Shown: piece by piece, positions 9,811-18,698 of the stretch
Position numbering within the stretch: the stretch's first letter is position 1
Layout of the letters: each line of letters begins with the position of its first letter
NCBI GenBank assembly: GCA_024231905.1
Contig: JAAEQC010000202.1
Location: 5,422 to 69,421, forward strand
DNA: 64,000 bases
Reading direction: 5' to 3'
Origin: a bacterium
Lineage (GTDB): Bacteria; Krumholzibacteriota; Krumholzibacteriia; LZORAL124-64-63
Position numbers and translations under genes: made by a program
Notes under the pieces: generated by a model
Seen by the model: the letters and a program-made list of their open reading frames with translations, nothing else
Database searches by the model: none
What the model was told of the DNA's origin: nothing

Positions 9811-10506
9811 CTAGATGTCGAACCGGATGCCGACGCTCACCACGTGACGTATCGCCTTCTCCTGGTCGTGCGTCGGTGACACCAGGTGGTAGTGCAGGTC
9901 GTATTCCCGGGAACCCCGCTGCCATTCGACCCCCAGGGTCCAGCGCAGGGCGGTGAGGGTTCCGTCCGGGATATCCGGATCCGCGCCATCGAGCCGGTGG
10001 AACGTCTCCACGGCGGCATACGGTCTGAACGGACCAGTCCTGCGGAGCTTCGCCTTCGCGCGCAGCCGCAGGACCTGCCGCCGGGGAGTTCCGTCGTCCT
10101 CCTCGGCCCGGAACTCCTGCTGCCACTGGACCCTCAGATCGAGATTCGCCGGCCGGGTCGCCACGCGCAGCCGGGAACCGGCGAAGACGCGATGGCGGTC
10201 CTGGAACAGCCCGTCATTGTCGCGCTCGTGCTTGTAGCGGTAGCCGGCCTCGAAGTGCAGCCAGCTCCGTGTCTTGTGGCGTAGGGCCAGCTCCGGCGCC
10301 ACTAGGTTGAGGCGCGAGATCCCATCGTTCCAGCGAAGGTGCTGGGTCAGTGTCGCGTCGACGCCGAGCGGCGTCTTCAGGCGAACCGCCGCGTCGGTCC
10401 ACAGTTCCGATTCGGCCGGATCCCGCGTCTCTCCCCACGCCACGCCGGCAGGCAGGAGGATGCTGCCGACGACAGCCGCGGCAACCGTCAGGTTCAACCA
10501 CTTCAT
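9811..10506 (-). CDS. DUF2490-like outer-membrane beta-barrel
   Basis: Signal peptide, alternating amphipathic strands, terminal aromatic (GIRFDI); typical neighbour of DUF4956/VTC. Confidence 0.7.
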   Translation of the reverse strand: MKWLNLTVAAAVVGSILLPAGVAWGETRDPAESELWTDAAVRLKTPLGVDATLTQHLRWNDGISRLNLVAPELALRHKTRSWLHFEAGYRYKHERDNDGLFQDRHRVFAGSRLRVATRPANLDLRVQWQQEFRAEEDDGTPRRQVLRLRAKAKLRRTGPFRPYAAVETFHRLDGADPDIPDGTLTALRWTLGVEWQRGSREYDLHYHLVSPTHDQEKAIRHVVSVGIRFDI

Positions 10507-11141
10507 GGCTCACTCCTTCGGTCGTCGGCGTCGGTCCGGAGCCGGCAGCTCAAGGTCAAGCGAGCCGTGTCGTTCAGCAGGTTCAGGTCCCCCACGTCGA
10601 TCCGGGTGACCTCGAGCCCGGTACGCCGGGCCAGATCGGCGAACAACTCCTCGCGTCGTTCCGGCTTGAGCAGCTCCAGGTTGTCGTAGACGACCTTGTG
10701 GGTAACCTCGCGACCGCTGCCGGGCGCATACGCCATCAGCCAGGTCAGCGTCACGATCACCGTGTTGATGGTCGTCAGCTCGACGAAGCTGACCTTCTTG
10801 TTGGCCACGGCATTCAAGATGGCCAGACCGATCACCACGAACAGGTAGGTCAGATCCCTGGTGCGAATCGGCTCTGTGCGGTAGCGCAGGATTCCGAACA
10901 CGGCGAACAGGCCGAGGGCGAACCCGAGTTCGATGGGCACCTTGCGCAGCAGGAAGCACAGCGAGAAGGTGATGGCATTGAACAGCAGGTACGTGAAAGC
11001 CATGTCGCGACTGCGGTAGAGCCGGTAGTGGATACCGTGGATCACGATCCAGGCGAAACCCAGGTCCAGCACCATGCGCATCACCAACTTGACCATGTCG
11101 CCGGCATCCAGGAACTCCTTCAGTCCGAACATCTCAAACAT
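10503..11141 (-). CDS. DUF4956 membrane protein
   Basis: ELGFALGLFAVFGILRYRTEPI..RDLTYLF signature; several TMs plus a soluble C-domain. Confidence 0.85.
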   Translation of the reverse strand: MFEMFGLKEFLDAGDMVKLVMRMVLDLGFAWIVIHGIHYRLYRSRDMAFTYLLFNAITFSLCFLLRKVPIELGFALGLFAVFGILRYRTEPIRTRDLTYLFVVIGLAILNAVANKKVSFVELTTINTVIVTLTWLMAYAPGSGREVTHKVVYDNLELLKPERREELFADLARRTGLEVTRIDVGDLNLLNDTARLTLSCRLRTDADDRRSEP

Positions 11142-11946
11142 GACCGATCCTTCCGATGGTGCGCAGCACGCGGTGAAAGCGGTTTCGGCGTAGACCGGGC
11201 GAGAGGATGGCCTGGGCCGTGCAGTACTTCGACATGCCCGAGGGACGGATCCCGCGCTCCCTCAGGACGAGCATGGCCGGGGACCGGGGACGGAACCGGG
11301 GCTGCTTGACCTCGACGATGGCCAGGCCCTCCACCCGGTGCCGCCGGCGACCGGCCTCGAATTCCAGGCCGAGATCCACCGTCAAGCGCTCCCTGTCGTT
11401 CGCGCTCACCAGGGTGATGCGCGAGAAGTTGGTCCAGATCGCCGGGCGGATGACGAACGGGTCGCCGGGCAGGTGGTCTCGGAGAAACTCCGCTTCCGAA
11501 CCGCCCAGGCCGACCTCCAGGAAGCCCAACCGGAGACGTTTCTTGACGGTGACGTTGTGGTTCGTCTTGCGCTTAACCTCCAGATAGGTCAGTTCGCGAT
11601 CCAGGTAGTGGCGCACACGGACCTTGAAGCGGTCGCGCCGCCCGCGGCGGTGCTGGTGGTAGAACGTCTTGTCCGGGCTGTCGAAGTACAGCGTCCGGTA
11701 GGAGGCGATGTTGCTCCCGCCCGCCGGCAGAACGCCGTACGACCCGCCCAGGGTCCGGATGAAGGAATCCAGTTCCGCCGCCGGGTAGAGGAACTTGGTG
11801 TCCACACGGCGCATCAACGCGCATTCGCCCAGGCGTTCGACCGGAACGCGTTGCAGATCATCCAGCATGGTGTTCAACCTATTCATCGTCGCCTTCCCCG
11901 TTGCGCCCGGTCGTTGGTCGGTACCGTTCCGATCCGCGAGAATCAT
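11134..11946 (-). CDS. VTC (polyphosphate polymerase / CYTH-like) domain protein
   Basis: RVDTKF, YRTLYFD, RRDRFKVRVRHY, YLEVKRK, ERLTVD, IVEVK, SKYC; ATGA overlap with upstream cotH (alternative start 11886). Confidence 0.88.
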   Translation of the reverse strand: MILADRNGTDQRPGATGKATMNRLNTMLDDLQRVPVERLGECALMRRVDTKFLYPAAELDSFIRTLGGSYGVLPAGGSNIASYRTLYFDSPDKTFYHQHRRGRRDRFKVRVRHYLDRELTYLEVKRKTNHNVTVKKRLRLGFLEVGLGGSEAEFLRDHLPGDPFVIRPAIWTNFSRITLVSANDRERLTVDLGLEFEAGRRRHRVEGLAIVEVKQPRFRPRSPAMLVLRERGIRPSGMSKYCTAQAILSPGLRRNRFHRVLRTIGRIGHV

Positions 11947-13343
11947 TGCCTGTCGATGTAGTCTTCGGCCGCCGCTTCACGCTCGTCCACGTGGCTGATC
12001 AGTTCGGAAATCCCCTGGGTGAAGTCGCCGGCCGACCGCAGGAACGTGTAGCCCTGCTGCTCCCCGTCCACGCCTATGGCATAGGGTTCGACGAGGGCGG
12101 CCGCCGCCTGGTAGATGGGGATAATCCGGGCCGGGGAGAAGGGTCCGTCGATGGCGGCCTGGACCCGCTGGACATACTGCGCGTGGTAGACATCGTCGGC
12201 GTGGAGGTACCGGATCAGGGGCCAGCGCGCGTCCACGTCGTCGAAGTCGAAGGACACGGCACCGCCTTGCTTACCCTCCTGCAGCGCCTCGTTGTTGTCC
12301 CAGGGGATCCAGTTCAACAGGCCGGTCTGCGGGTCGTTGTACAGGTAGTAGTTGTGCTCCATCCGCCCGTAGGTGTCCCAGTTCTGAATCACCGTGTTGA
12401 CCGAGAGCCAGTTCAGGAAGACGTCGACATCCAGGGTGCTCTCCAGCCCGGACCGCCAGGCCTCCGGATCCGTTGACCGTGTCCCCGCGTGCAGCGCGCT
12501 GAACAGCGCCGTGATGTCGCTCCAGTCCGCCGCGTCCTCGTTGGACTTCTTCTCGAAATACTCCGCAGTGAACGTGCCGCTGGCGAAGCTGGCACCGGTG
12601 CCCTCGGGTTTGTAGAGGTTGCCGCCGTCCTCGGCGAACTGGTCCTCGGTGACCGTGTCGTCCACCATCTCGACCATGGTGTAGAGGCCGAAGTAGACGG
12701 GCCCCTCGCCGTGGTCGATGTAGAGGCGGCAGAAGACCGTGTGGGCCGAGGCCAGGCCGGCCTCGCGGAAGATATCCGCCACGACCTTCTCCCGGATCAG
12801 CGACGGATCATCGTACCCGCTGGACAGCGAAAGCTGCTTGAAGCCGTGGAACCGCTGGTCCTCGATCTGCGGGTAGGTGTCCTCGAACTCGTCGAAGTCG
12901 AGCTTGAACGGCAGTTTCATGATGCCGCTGCCCCAGGAGGCGCTCAGGCTCGAGTTCCCCTTGAAGCGGATGCCGACCTTGTACCAGTCAATCTCCTCGT
13001 ACGTGATGGTCGACGGCGCCCAGATCGGGTTGTCGTCATCGCCCCCGCGCGGTCTTCCGCCGGAACCGAAGGAGCCGTACCGCGCGGTCATGTCGTCGAG
13101 CATGTCTTGCCAGTCGGAGGCCGCGATCTCGATGTCGAGCCGCTTCACCGCATTCTCCTCGAAGACCTCGTCGTAATCGGGGTCGACGATGTTGCCGTGG
13201 GTGGCTTCCGACCAGTCGGGGATCTCCAGGTCGTCCACGACCTCGGTCCCGCCGGTCGGGGAAACGGAGTCTTCCGTGGAGCAACCTGCCGTCAGGACCG
13301 CCAGAGACAGGAGAAGATGCAGGAGTATCAGGTTGGACTTCAT
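11943..13343 (-). CDS. CotH kinase-family lipoprotein
   Basis: Lipobox LTAGC; GIRFKGNSS, KLPFKLDFD, GNLYKP, NWDTY, HNYYLY, WIPWD. Confidence 0.9.
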   Translation of the reverse strand: MKSNLILLHLLLSLAVLTAGCSTEDSVSPTGGTEVVDDLEIPDWSEATHGNIVDPDYDEVFEENAVKRLDIEIAASDWQDMLDDMTARYGSFGSGGRPRGGDDDNPIWAPSTITYEEIDWYKVGIRFKGNSSLSASWGSGIMKLPFKLDFDEFEDTYPQIEDQRFHGFKQLSLSSGYDDPSLIREKVVADIFREAGLASAHTVFCRLYIDHGEGPVYFGLYTMVEMVDDTVTEDQFAEDGGNLYKPEGTGASFASGTFTAEYFEKKSNEDAADWSDITALFSALHAGTRSTDPEAWRSGLESTLDVDVFLNWLSVNTVIQNWDTYGRMEHNYYLYNDPQTGLLNWIPWDNNEALQEGKQGGAVSFDFDDVDARWPLIRYLHADDVYHAQYVQRVQAAIDGPFSPARIIPIYQAAAALVEPYAIGVDGEQQGYTFLRSAGDFTQGISELISHVDEREAAAEDYIDRQ

Positions 13344-13414
13344 GTCGGGGTGTCCTCGGTTCGGGAATGGCCGCCGGGTAGCCTCGCCCTTTTCATGCGA
13401 TGGCTTTCATTGCC

Positions 13415-13440
13415 GAACCGCCGTCCTCCCGGATCCTTTC
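13415..13440 (-). promoter_or_regulatory. ECF promoter copy 1 (cotH-VTC-DUF4956-DUF2490 operon)
   Basis: GAAAGGatccgggaggacggcgGTTC on the minus strand. Confidence 0.75.
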
Positions 13441-13491
13441 GAAATATCTACGAACAACCGTGCCTGGTCGGCTGGAGCAGGTGAAGAAGAA

Positions 13492-13524
13492 GGAGCGGGA
13501 CCGTGCCCGGCACGGTCCCGCTCC
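13492..13524 (-). terminator. Rho-independent terminator after the CotH-LTD-FlgD gene
   Basis: 15-bp perfect stem GGAGCGGGACCGTGC/GCACGGTCCCGCTCC followed by TTCTTCTT on the minus strand. Confidence 0.7.
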
Positions 13525-13584
13525 CGGTCGAACCGGTCGTCTTCCCGGCCATGGCTTCCGCCAGGCCCGGCGACCGTGCGGTTG

Positions 13585-16059
13585 TCAGCGCACGAGCGCC
13601 ATCCGCCCCGTCAGCGCCGATCCCCCGAAGCACAGGCGCGACAGATAGACGCCGGACGCAACCTCGCCTCCCGACCGGTCCCGTCCGTTCCAGACCGCCT
13701 CGTACCTTCCTTCGGACCGGGTCTCGTCCACGAGGCGGGCCACGAGGCGCCCCTTGATGTCGTAGATGTCCAACCTGACGAGACCGGCTACCGGGATCTC
13801 GTAGCTGATCGTCGTCTGGGGATTGAACGGATTCGGGGCGCACGGCAGCAGCTGCAGGGCGTACGCAGTAGCCCCGGGTATTCCGGAGGCGCCGTCGTTG
13901 CTCGCACCCGGCGTCGGCGTCGCGTAGAACGACCAGGATGCCGCGCCGTCCGGTGTGCGGCCCTCGCTGACGTTGCTCGTCTGCGCGTCGAACACGTAGC
14001 TGTCGATCACTTCGTTCCCGGCGGCCAGGCGGCCGAACAAACCGATCTCCTCGCCGCTGCCGCCGAGCTTGAAATCGGCGTGGAGAGGACCGTCGGAGCC
14101 GTCGCTGTCGCACCACACGAGGAGGAAGTCCCCGGCCCCCAGCAGCGTGTCGGGGAACGCCCACTGGGTCGTCAGGGCCAGATCGTCCGTCAGGAACAAG
14201 CCGCCCATCTCGACCGCCTCGAGGCCGGGGTTGTAGATCTCGACCCAGTCCTCGTACTCGCTGGCCTCGTCCTGGATGCCGGCGTCGTTCAGGGCCACGA
14301 ATTCGTTGATCCACAGGACGATGGATTCAGGCTCCTCGGGATTCAGATTCTCCGCGCCCGGAGTCGCCAGCGACAGCATCTCCCAGTCGCCGGTTCCGTC
14401 GGACCAACGCCCCCAGGGAACGTCGCTCGCGAGGGCGGGGAAGGTCACCTGGTCGATGATCACCGCGCCATCGGTGAGGTAGATACTCTCGCCGTCGGCG
14501 TCGAGCTTGAACGGGGCGTGCAGATCGCCCTCGGCCGTCTCCCCGTCCGCCCAGACGACCACGTATTCGCCCGGGGCCAAGGTCATCACCGGGAAGGCGA
14601 AGTCCGGGGTGCCCTCCAGGAGGTCGGTCAGGCCCAGGCCACCCAGGTCGATGCTCACCGATCCCGTGTTGGCGATCTCGATCCAGTCGTCGTAGTCACC
14701 GGCCTCGTCGGCGACAGTGGCGTCGTTGGACGCCATCACCTCGTTCAGCACCAGGCCCGCCACGGGCGTCCAGGTGCCGATCAGGCCCGACAGATAGTTG
14801 TAACGCGCCGTGACGAAGGTCCCGAGGGCGGGAATCGGCCGGCCGCCCGGTCCTCCGCTGGAGGCGTAAATGGTCGATGTCATGCAGTTCTCGAAGTCGG
14901 TAGTCGAGAACATGGTGTTGGGGTCGGTGTAGACGTACGGGCGGATCAGGTCCCGCAGTTCCTCCATGCGCGCGGTCAGGGTCGTCGGTTCGGCCGCCCC
15001 GGCCATGAGCTTCTGCATGTGTCCCAGGTAGACGTCGACGTACTGGGGAACCGACCACAGATTCTCCGCCAGGGGACGCTCCTCGCCGTACTGGGTGTCG
15101 ACCCAGTAGGGACTCAGCTGCTGCATCTGGGTCGTGGATAGGCCGTACATGTTGAAGATGCCCCAGGCCTCGTTCTGGTCCCACTTGGTGAAGACGAAGC
15201 GGTCGTCCAGGTCCCGGTGGTAGAAGTAGTAGTTGGCGCAACGGCCCGTGTAGCTATCCAGGTTCACCGTGTAATTGTCCACCGCCAGCATGGCCAGGGC
15301 CGAGTTGACGTCGAGCCGGCCATGCAGGCTGTCGGGCAGGGCCGCCGTGGAGGTGTTGTCGACCTGGTCGATGAAGTCCACCAGGTCGGACCAGTCGTTT
15401 GCCGTCTCGTTGGTCTTCAATTCGTAGTTGTCGTAGTAGGAGGACTCGGCGGCGCCCAGGTATTCCATGGTCCCGTAGGGTTCTCCCTTCCACAGGTTGC
15501 CGTCCTCGCTGGCGCCCCAGCGGCTCTCGATGAACTCCTGGTCCTGCTGCTCGACGATGAGATAGAGGCCCCAGTAGGTGCCGTTGATGTACACGGCGGC
15601 GAAGTTTGAGCGGCAAGTGGCCATGCCCAGGGCGTCGCACAGCTCGTAGGTGGTCTTCTCCCGGACGTAGCTGGGATCGAGGTGGCAGTTGTTCAGGCTG
15701 AACTTGTCCAGGCCGTCCACTTCCTGGCCGGCCACGAACTCGTCGATGTCCAGCTTGAAGGACTTCTTGAGCCCGTAGTAGCCCCAGTAGCTGCTGTTAC
15801 CCTTGAAACGCACACCGATGGTCGACAGGTGGGTCGCGTCCCAGTCGAAGGCAGCCTCGATGTAGGGGGGATCGTCGTAGTCCTCGAAGTTCGTGGTCAG
15901 CTGATCCCACCAGTCCGCCTGGTCGAAGGTCAGGTGGATCTCGTGGACGGCGTCGCCGTCGAAGAGGGGATGGGAGGCCGGAGTCAGGGCGGCGCCGGCG
16001 TCTCGGCTCGCGCCGAAGAGTGCGATCGCGACGAGGGCGAGCAGCGTTGCCTGTTTCAT
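13585..16059 (-). CDS. Secreted CotH kinase with two lamin-tail domains and a C-terminal FlgD-Ig domain
   Basis: Signal peptide MKQATLL; GVRFKGNSS, KKSFKLD, GNLWK, NYYFY, KWD; two LNEV/INEF..DWIEI LTD repeats; PNPFNP terminal domain. Confidence 0.88.
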   Translation of the reverse strand: MKQATLLALVAIALFGASRDAGAALTPASHPLFDGDAVHEIHLTFDQADWWDQLTTNFEDYDDPPYIEAAFDWDATHLSTIGVRFKGNSSYWGYYGLKKSFKLDIDEFVAGQEVDGLDKFSLNNCHLDPSYVREKTTYELCDALGMATCRSNFAAVYINGTYWGLYLIVEQQDQEFIESRWGASEDGNLWKGEPYGTMEYLGAAESSYYDNYELKTNETANDWSDLVDFIDQVDNTSTAALPDSLHGRLDVNSALAMLAVDNYTVNLDSYTGRCANYYFYHRDLDDRFVFTKWDQNEAWGIFNMYGLSTTQMQQLSPYWVDTQYGEERPLAENLWSVPQYVDVYLGHMQKLMAGAAEPTTLTARMEELRDLIRPYVYTDPNTMFSTTDFENCMTSTIYASSGGPGGRPIPALGTFVTARYNYLSGLIGTWTPVAGLVLNEVMASNDATVADEAGDYDDWIEIANTGSVSIDLGGLGLTDLLEGTPDFAFPVMTLAPGEYVVVWADGETAEGDLHAPFKLDADGESIYLTDGAVIIDQVTFPALASDVPWGRWSDGTGDWEMLSLATPGAENLNPEEPESIVLWINEFVALNDAGIQDEASEYEDWVEIYNPGLEAVEMGGLFLTDDLALTTQWAFPDTLLGAGDFLLVWCDSDGSDGPLHADFKLGGSGEEIGLFGRLAAGNEVIDSYVFDAQTSNVSEGRTPDGAASWSFYATPTPGASNDGASGIPGATAYALQLLPCAPNPFNPQTTISYEIPVAGLVRLDIYDIKGRLVARLVDETRSEGRYEAVWNGRDRSGGEVASGVYLSRLCFGGSALTGRMALVR

Positions 16060-16114
16060 GTCGGGGTACCTCGCTTGTTGGGCGCTTTGCGGCGACGACG
16101 GACATATCACGGCC

Positions 16115-16140
16115 GAACCCGCGAGTCCCCGATTCCTTTC
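16115..16140 (-). promoter_or_regulatory. ECF promoter copy 2
   Basis: GAAAGGaatcggggactcgcggGTTC. Confidence 0.75.
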
Positions 16141-16226
16141 AGTGTTTTTTGAAACGCGTGATTTTATTGTGACTGTATAAGAACGGGACCCCTTGGATCA
16201 GGGACCCCGTTCGATCATGCGGTTCT

Positions 16227-16670
16227 CTATCGCCTTCTGCCGGACCGGGCGGCGCGCGGACGATGGTTCGCGACGTATTTCTCGTAGGCCGCCGTCTGGT
16301 CGTCGCGCAGCTCGGACTTCACGTCGCTCTCGAACTTCTCGCGCAGGGCTTCCATCGCCCGGCGATCCGGACGCCCGTCGGCCACCCGATCCTTCACCTC
16401 CGCGAAATGGGCGAAGTGCAGGACCCTGATCTGCTCCTCCTGCTCGCCGGTCAACGAGAGCGCTGCGGACATCTCGTCCACCATCTTCTCGATGCCGGAA
16501 GAATCCGGCAGGGCCGGATGCTGCCCCTGCGGCAGGCCGGCGTACTCGCCGCCCCCGGGACCGCCGCCGCCCGGACGGGGCTGGTTGCCGTCGCCTGGTG
16601 CGCCGTAGGCCACACCCGCTCCCAGCAGCAGGGTCAGCACGACACAGGTCAGTCCGTTCGATGCACGCAT
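16227..16670 (-). CDS. Small exported helical protein, Spy/CpxP-like (LTxxQ-type)
   Basis: Signal peptide, Gly/Pro linker, LSLTGEQ and LRDDQ motifs. Confidence 0.6.
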   Translation of the reverse strand: MRASNGLTCVVLTLLLGAGVAYGAPGDGNQPRPGGGGPGGGEYAGLPQGQHPALPDSSGIEKMVDEMSAALSLTGEQEEQIRVLHFAHFAEVKDRVADGRPDRRAMEALREKFESDVKSELRDDQTAAYEKYVANHRPRAARSGRRR

Positions 16671-16720
16671 GGTCTTCTCCTTCCTCGGTCGTCCGCGATC
16701 GATGGTGTCGGTGTTCGGTA

Positions 16721-16746
16721 GAACGCTCCAGCGCGGCCGTCCTTTC
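16721..16746 (-). promoter_or_regulatory. ECF promoter copy 3
   Basis: GAAAGGacggccgcgctggagcGTTC. Confidence 0.7.
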
Positions 16747-16978
16747 GCGGGCGGCAAAAGAAACCCGCGGCTCGAGAAGATCCGCATGATGTCCTCCCCG
16801 GTTTCGTGGACGCGTTGGAACGCCAAGAAGCTCCGTCGGCACGCGCTGGTCCGCACGGGAACGATCGAAAAACTGATCGAGAAGGTTCTGGACGAGGAGA
16901 TCGCCGAGGGGCGGGTCCTGCCGGCCCAACAGTCGGGACTTCACCGACTACCTGGAACGGAAAATCTAGACGAGCCGA

Positions 16979-17524
16979 TCACGGGTGCCGTGGCGCCGGC
17001 GGCGGACCGTCCCGAGGCGGCTGTCGCCGTGGACGGCTGTGGATCGTCGGTGCCACCCGGGCGAACATCCGCCGCTGCTCCGGTGTCAGCACGGCGGCCT
17101 CGGCCACCAGTGCCACCGCCGACAGGGAATCCAGCCGCGAACGCGCATCGCTGGCCTCGGCGGTCAGGCGCCGGAAGATCTCGGGATCGAAGTCGGACGC
17201 GCCGTAGGCCTCCGCCAGACGTCGGCCCGTTTCCTCCACCTGGTTCTGGAATTCGACCATCAGCGGCGCGTGGCGCTCCAGCACGGCACGGATGGCCTGC
17301 TGCTGCTCCGCGTCCAGGCCGAGATGCTCCGTGACCCCCCGCACGTGTTGCTCCACGAGATCTCCGGGATCCGGCCGGCCGCCGGGGCCGGGACCTCCGC
17401 CACCGCCCGGTCCCGGTCCCGGCCGGCCACCGGGGGCCTTGCGATGCATCAGGGTGGTGGTCACCATCCCCACGTTCAAACCGAAGGACACCGCCAGCAA
17501 CAAGTAGATGAGCTTCTTCGCCAT
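16979..17524 (-). CDS. Periplasmic heavy-metal sensor / Spy-CpxP family protein
   Basis: LAVSFGLNVG anchor, LGLDAEQ and VLTPEQR motifs; third gene of the sigma/anti-sigma operon. Confidence 0.8.
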   Translation of the reverse strand: MAKKLIYLLLAVSFGLNVGMVTTTLMHRKAPGGRPGPGPGGGGGPGPGGRPDPGDLVEQHVRGVTEHLGLDAEQQQAIRAVLERHAPLMVEFQNQVEETGRRLAEAYGASDFDPEIFRRLTAEASDARSRLDSLSAVALVAEAAVLTPEQRRMFARVAPTIHSRPRRQPPRDGPPPAPRHP

Positions 17525-17530
17525 GGCTCG

Positions 17531-17944
17531 CTACTCCTGTCCGGTCTGATAGACCGCCAGCAACGAAGTGGATGCCTGGCCACTCCACACAGTCACGCTC
17601 TCGGACCACGACGACTCCGCAGACGACTCCTCGGCGGCGATCCGGATCGGCCCCACCAGGAATCCCAGGATGATGCCCGCCGCGCAAGCTGCGAGGCCGA
17701 AAGCGGGCCGGAGCCGGGACTCCTTCGCGCGGCCGGGCCGCACCCGGTGCCACACGGTTCGGGGCAGTTCCGGCGTCGGAGACGCGGCCAGCAGTCCGGT
17801 CATGGCCGCCAGTTCCTCCAGTTCGGTCCGGCAGGTCGGACAATCCTCGCAATGGGCGGCCACGGCGGCGTCTTCGTTCGCGGGAAGCTCGCCGTCGTGG
17901 TAAGCCTGCAGCACGTGCCCGGCCGGGTGTCGCGTTTCGTTCAT
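17531..17944 (-). CDS. Zinc-finger (zf-HC2/ZAS) transmembrane anti-sigma factor
   Basis: AYHDGEL..HCEDCPTC (HxxxCxxC), single TM. Confidence 0.88.
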   Translation of the reverse strand: MNETRHPAGHVLQAYHDGELPANEDAAVAAHCEDCPTCRTELEELAAMTGLLAASPTPELPRTVWHRVRPGRAKESRLRPAFGLAACAAGIILGFLVGPIRIAAEESSAESSWSESVTVWSGQASTSLLAVYQTGQE

Positions 17945-18498
17945 CCCTCATCCCTCCGTGCAGCAAGGTCCTTGCGCAGGGCGGACATGCCCCGGTGCAG
18001 CAACATCTGCACCGAAGCGACGGTCGTACCCATGGTGTCGGCGATCTCCTGGTAGCTCAGGTCGTGGTACTGCTTCAGAACCAGGGCCTGGCGCTGCCGT
18101 TCGGGCAGACGGGCGACGGCCTCCTGGACGAGGTCCCGTTCCTCCTTGCCCGTCAGATCGGTCAGGGCGTCCGGGTCCCGCGCCGGCGCGTTGTCGTAGT
18201 CGTCGGTCAACGGCAGCCAGCGCAGGATCTTGCGCCGCCGCAAGCGGCTGCGGGCCTGATTGCCGGCGATGCGGAAGAGCCAGCTCTGGAACTTCCCCTC
18301 GGGCCGGTACCGGTCCGCCGCCTTGATCAGCTTCATGAACGAGTCCTGACACAGGTCCTCCGCTTCCTCCGGCGATCCCAGCATGCGGACCAGGAAGGCG
18401 AACACCGGGCGCTCCCACCGCTCGACGATGATTCGCAGGGCATTCTCGTCGCCGCCGACGTAGTCGGTCATCAGTCTGTCGTCGGTGCGGTCGGTCAT
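17941..18498 (-). CDS. ECF RNA polymerase sigma factor
   Basis: AEDLCQDSF, FQSWLFRIAGN (region 2); LPERQRQAL..LSYQEIA (region 4). Confidence 0.94.
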   Translation of the reverse strand: MTDRTDDRLMTDYVGGDENALRIIVERWERPVFAFLVRMLGSPEEAEDLCQDSFMKLIKAADRYRPEGKFQSWLFRIAGNQARSRLRRRKILRWLPLTDDYDNAPARDPDALTDLTGKEERDLVQEAVARLPERQRQALVLKQYHDLSYQEIADTMGTTVASVQMLLHRGMSALRKDLAARRDEG

Positions 18499-18512
18499 CG
18501 GTCCTTCCAGCC

Positions 18513-18538
18513 CAACGTCCGGGGCGGGAGATCCTTTC
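18513..18538 (-). promoter_or_regulatory. ECF promoter copy 4 (autoregulatory, upstream of the sigma gene)
   Basis: GAAAGGatctcccgccccggacGTTG. Confidence 0.7.
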
Positions 18539-18614
18539 TCGTTGAATCATTCGTGCAACGATCCATCCTATGCCGCGCCCCCCGACGCCGTCAAAGTCCA
18601 TCCCGGATTCCGGC

Positions 18615-18640
18615 GAAAGGAATCCGCGCTTCGTGGGTTC
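18615..18640 (+). promoter_or_regulatory. ECF promoter copy 5 (DUF1566 gene)
   Basis: GAAAGGaatccgcgcttcgtggGTTC. Confidence 0.75.
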
Positions 18641-18698
18641 GGCTGGGCATCACTGGAACCGCAACAGGGGATCACCCCGACACGAGGCAGGAAGACCC

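Noticed and set aside
16785-16969. Protein-like fragment on the plus strand (TIEKLIEKVLDEEIAEG / DFTDYLERKI*)
   Set aside because: Possibly a frameshifted remnant, but no start or family could be assigned
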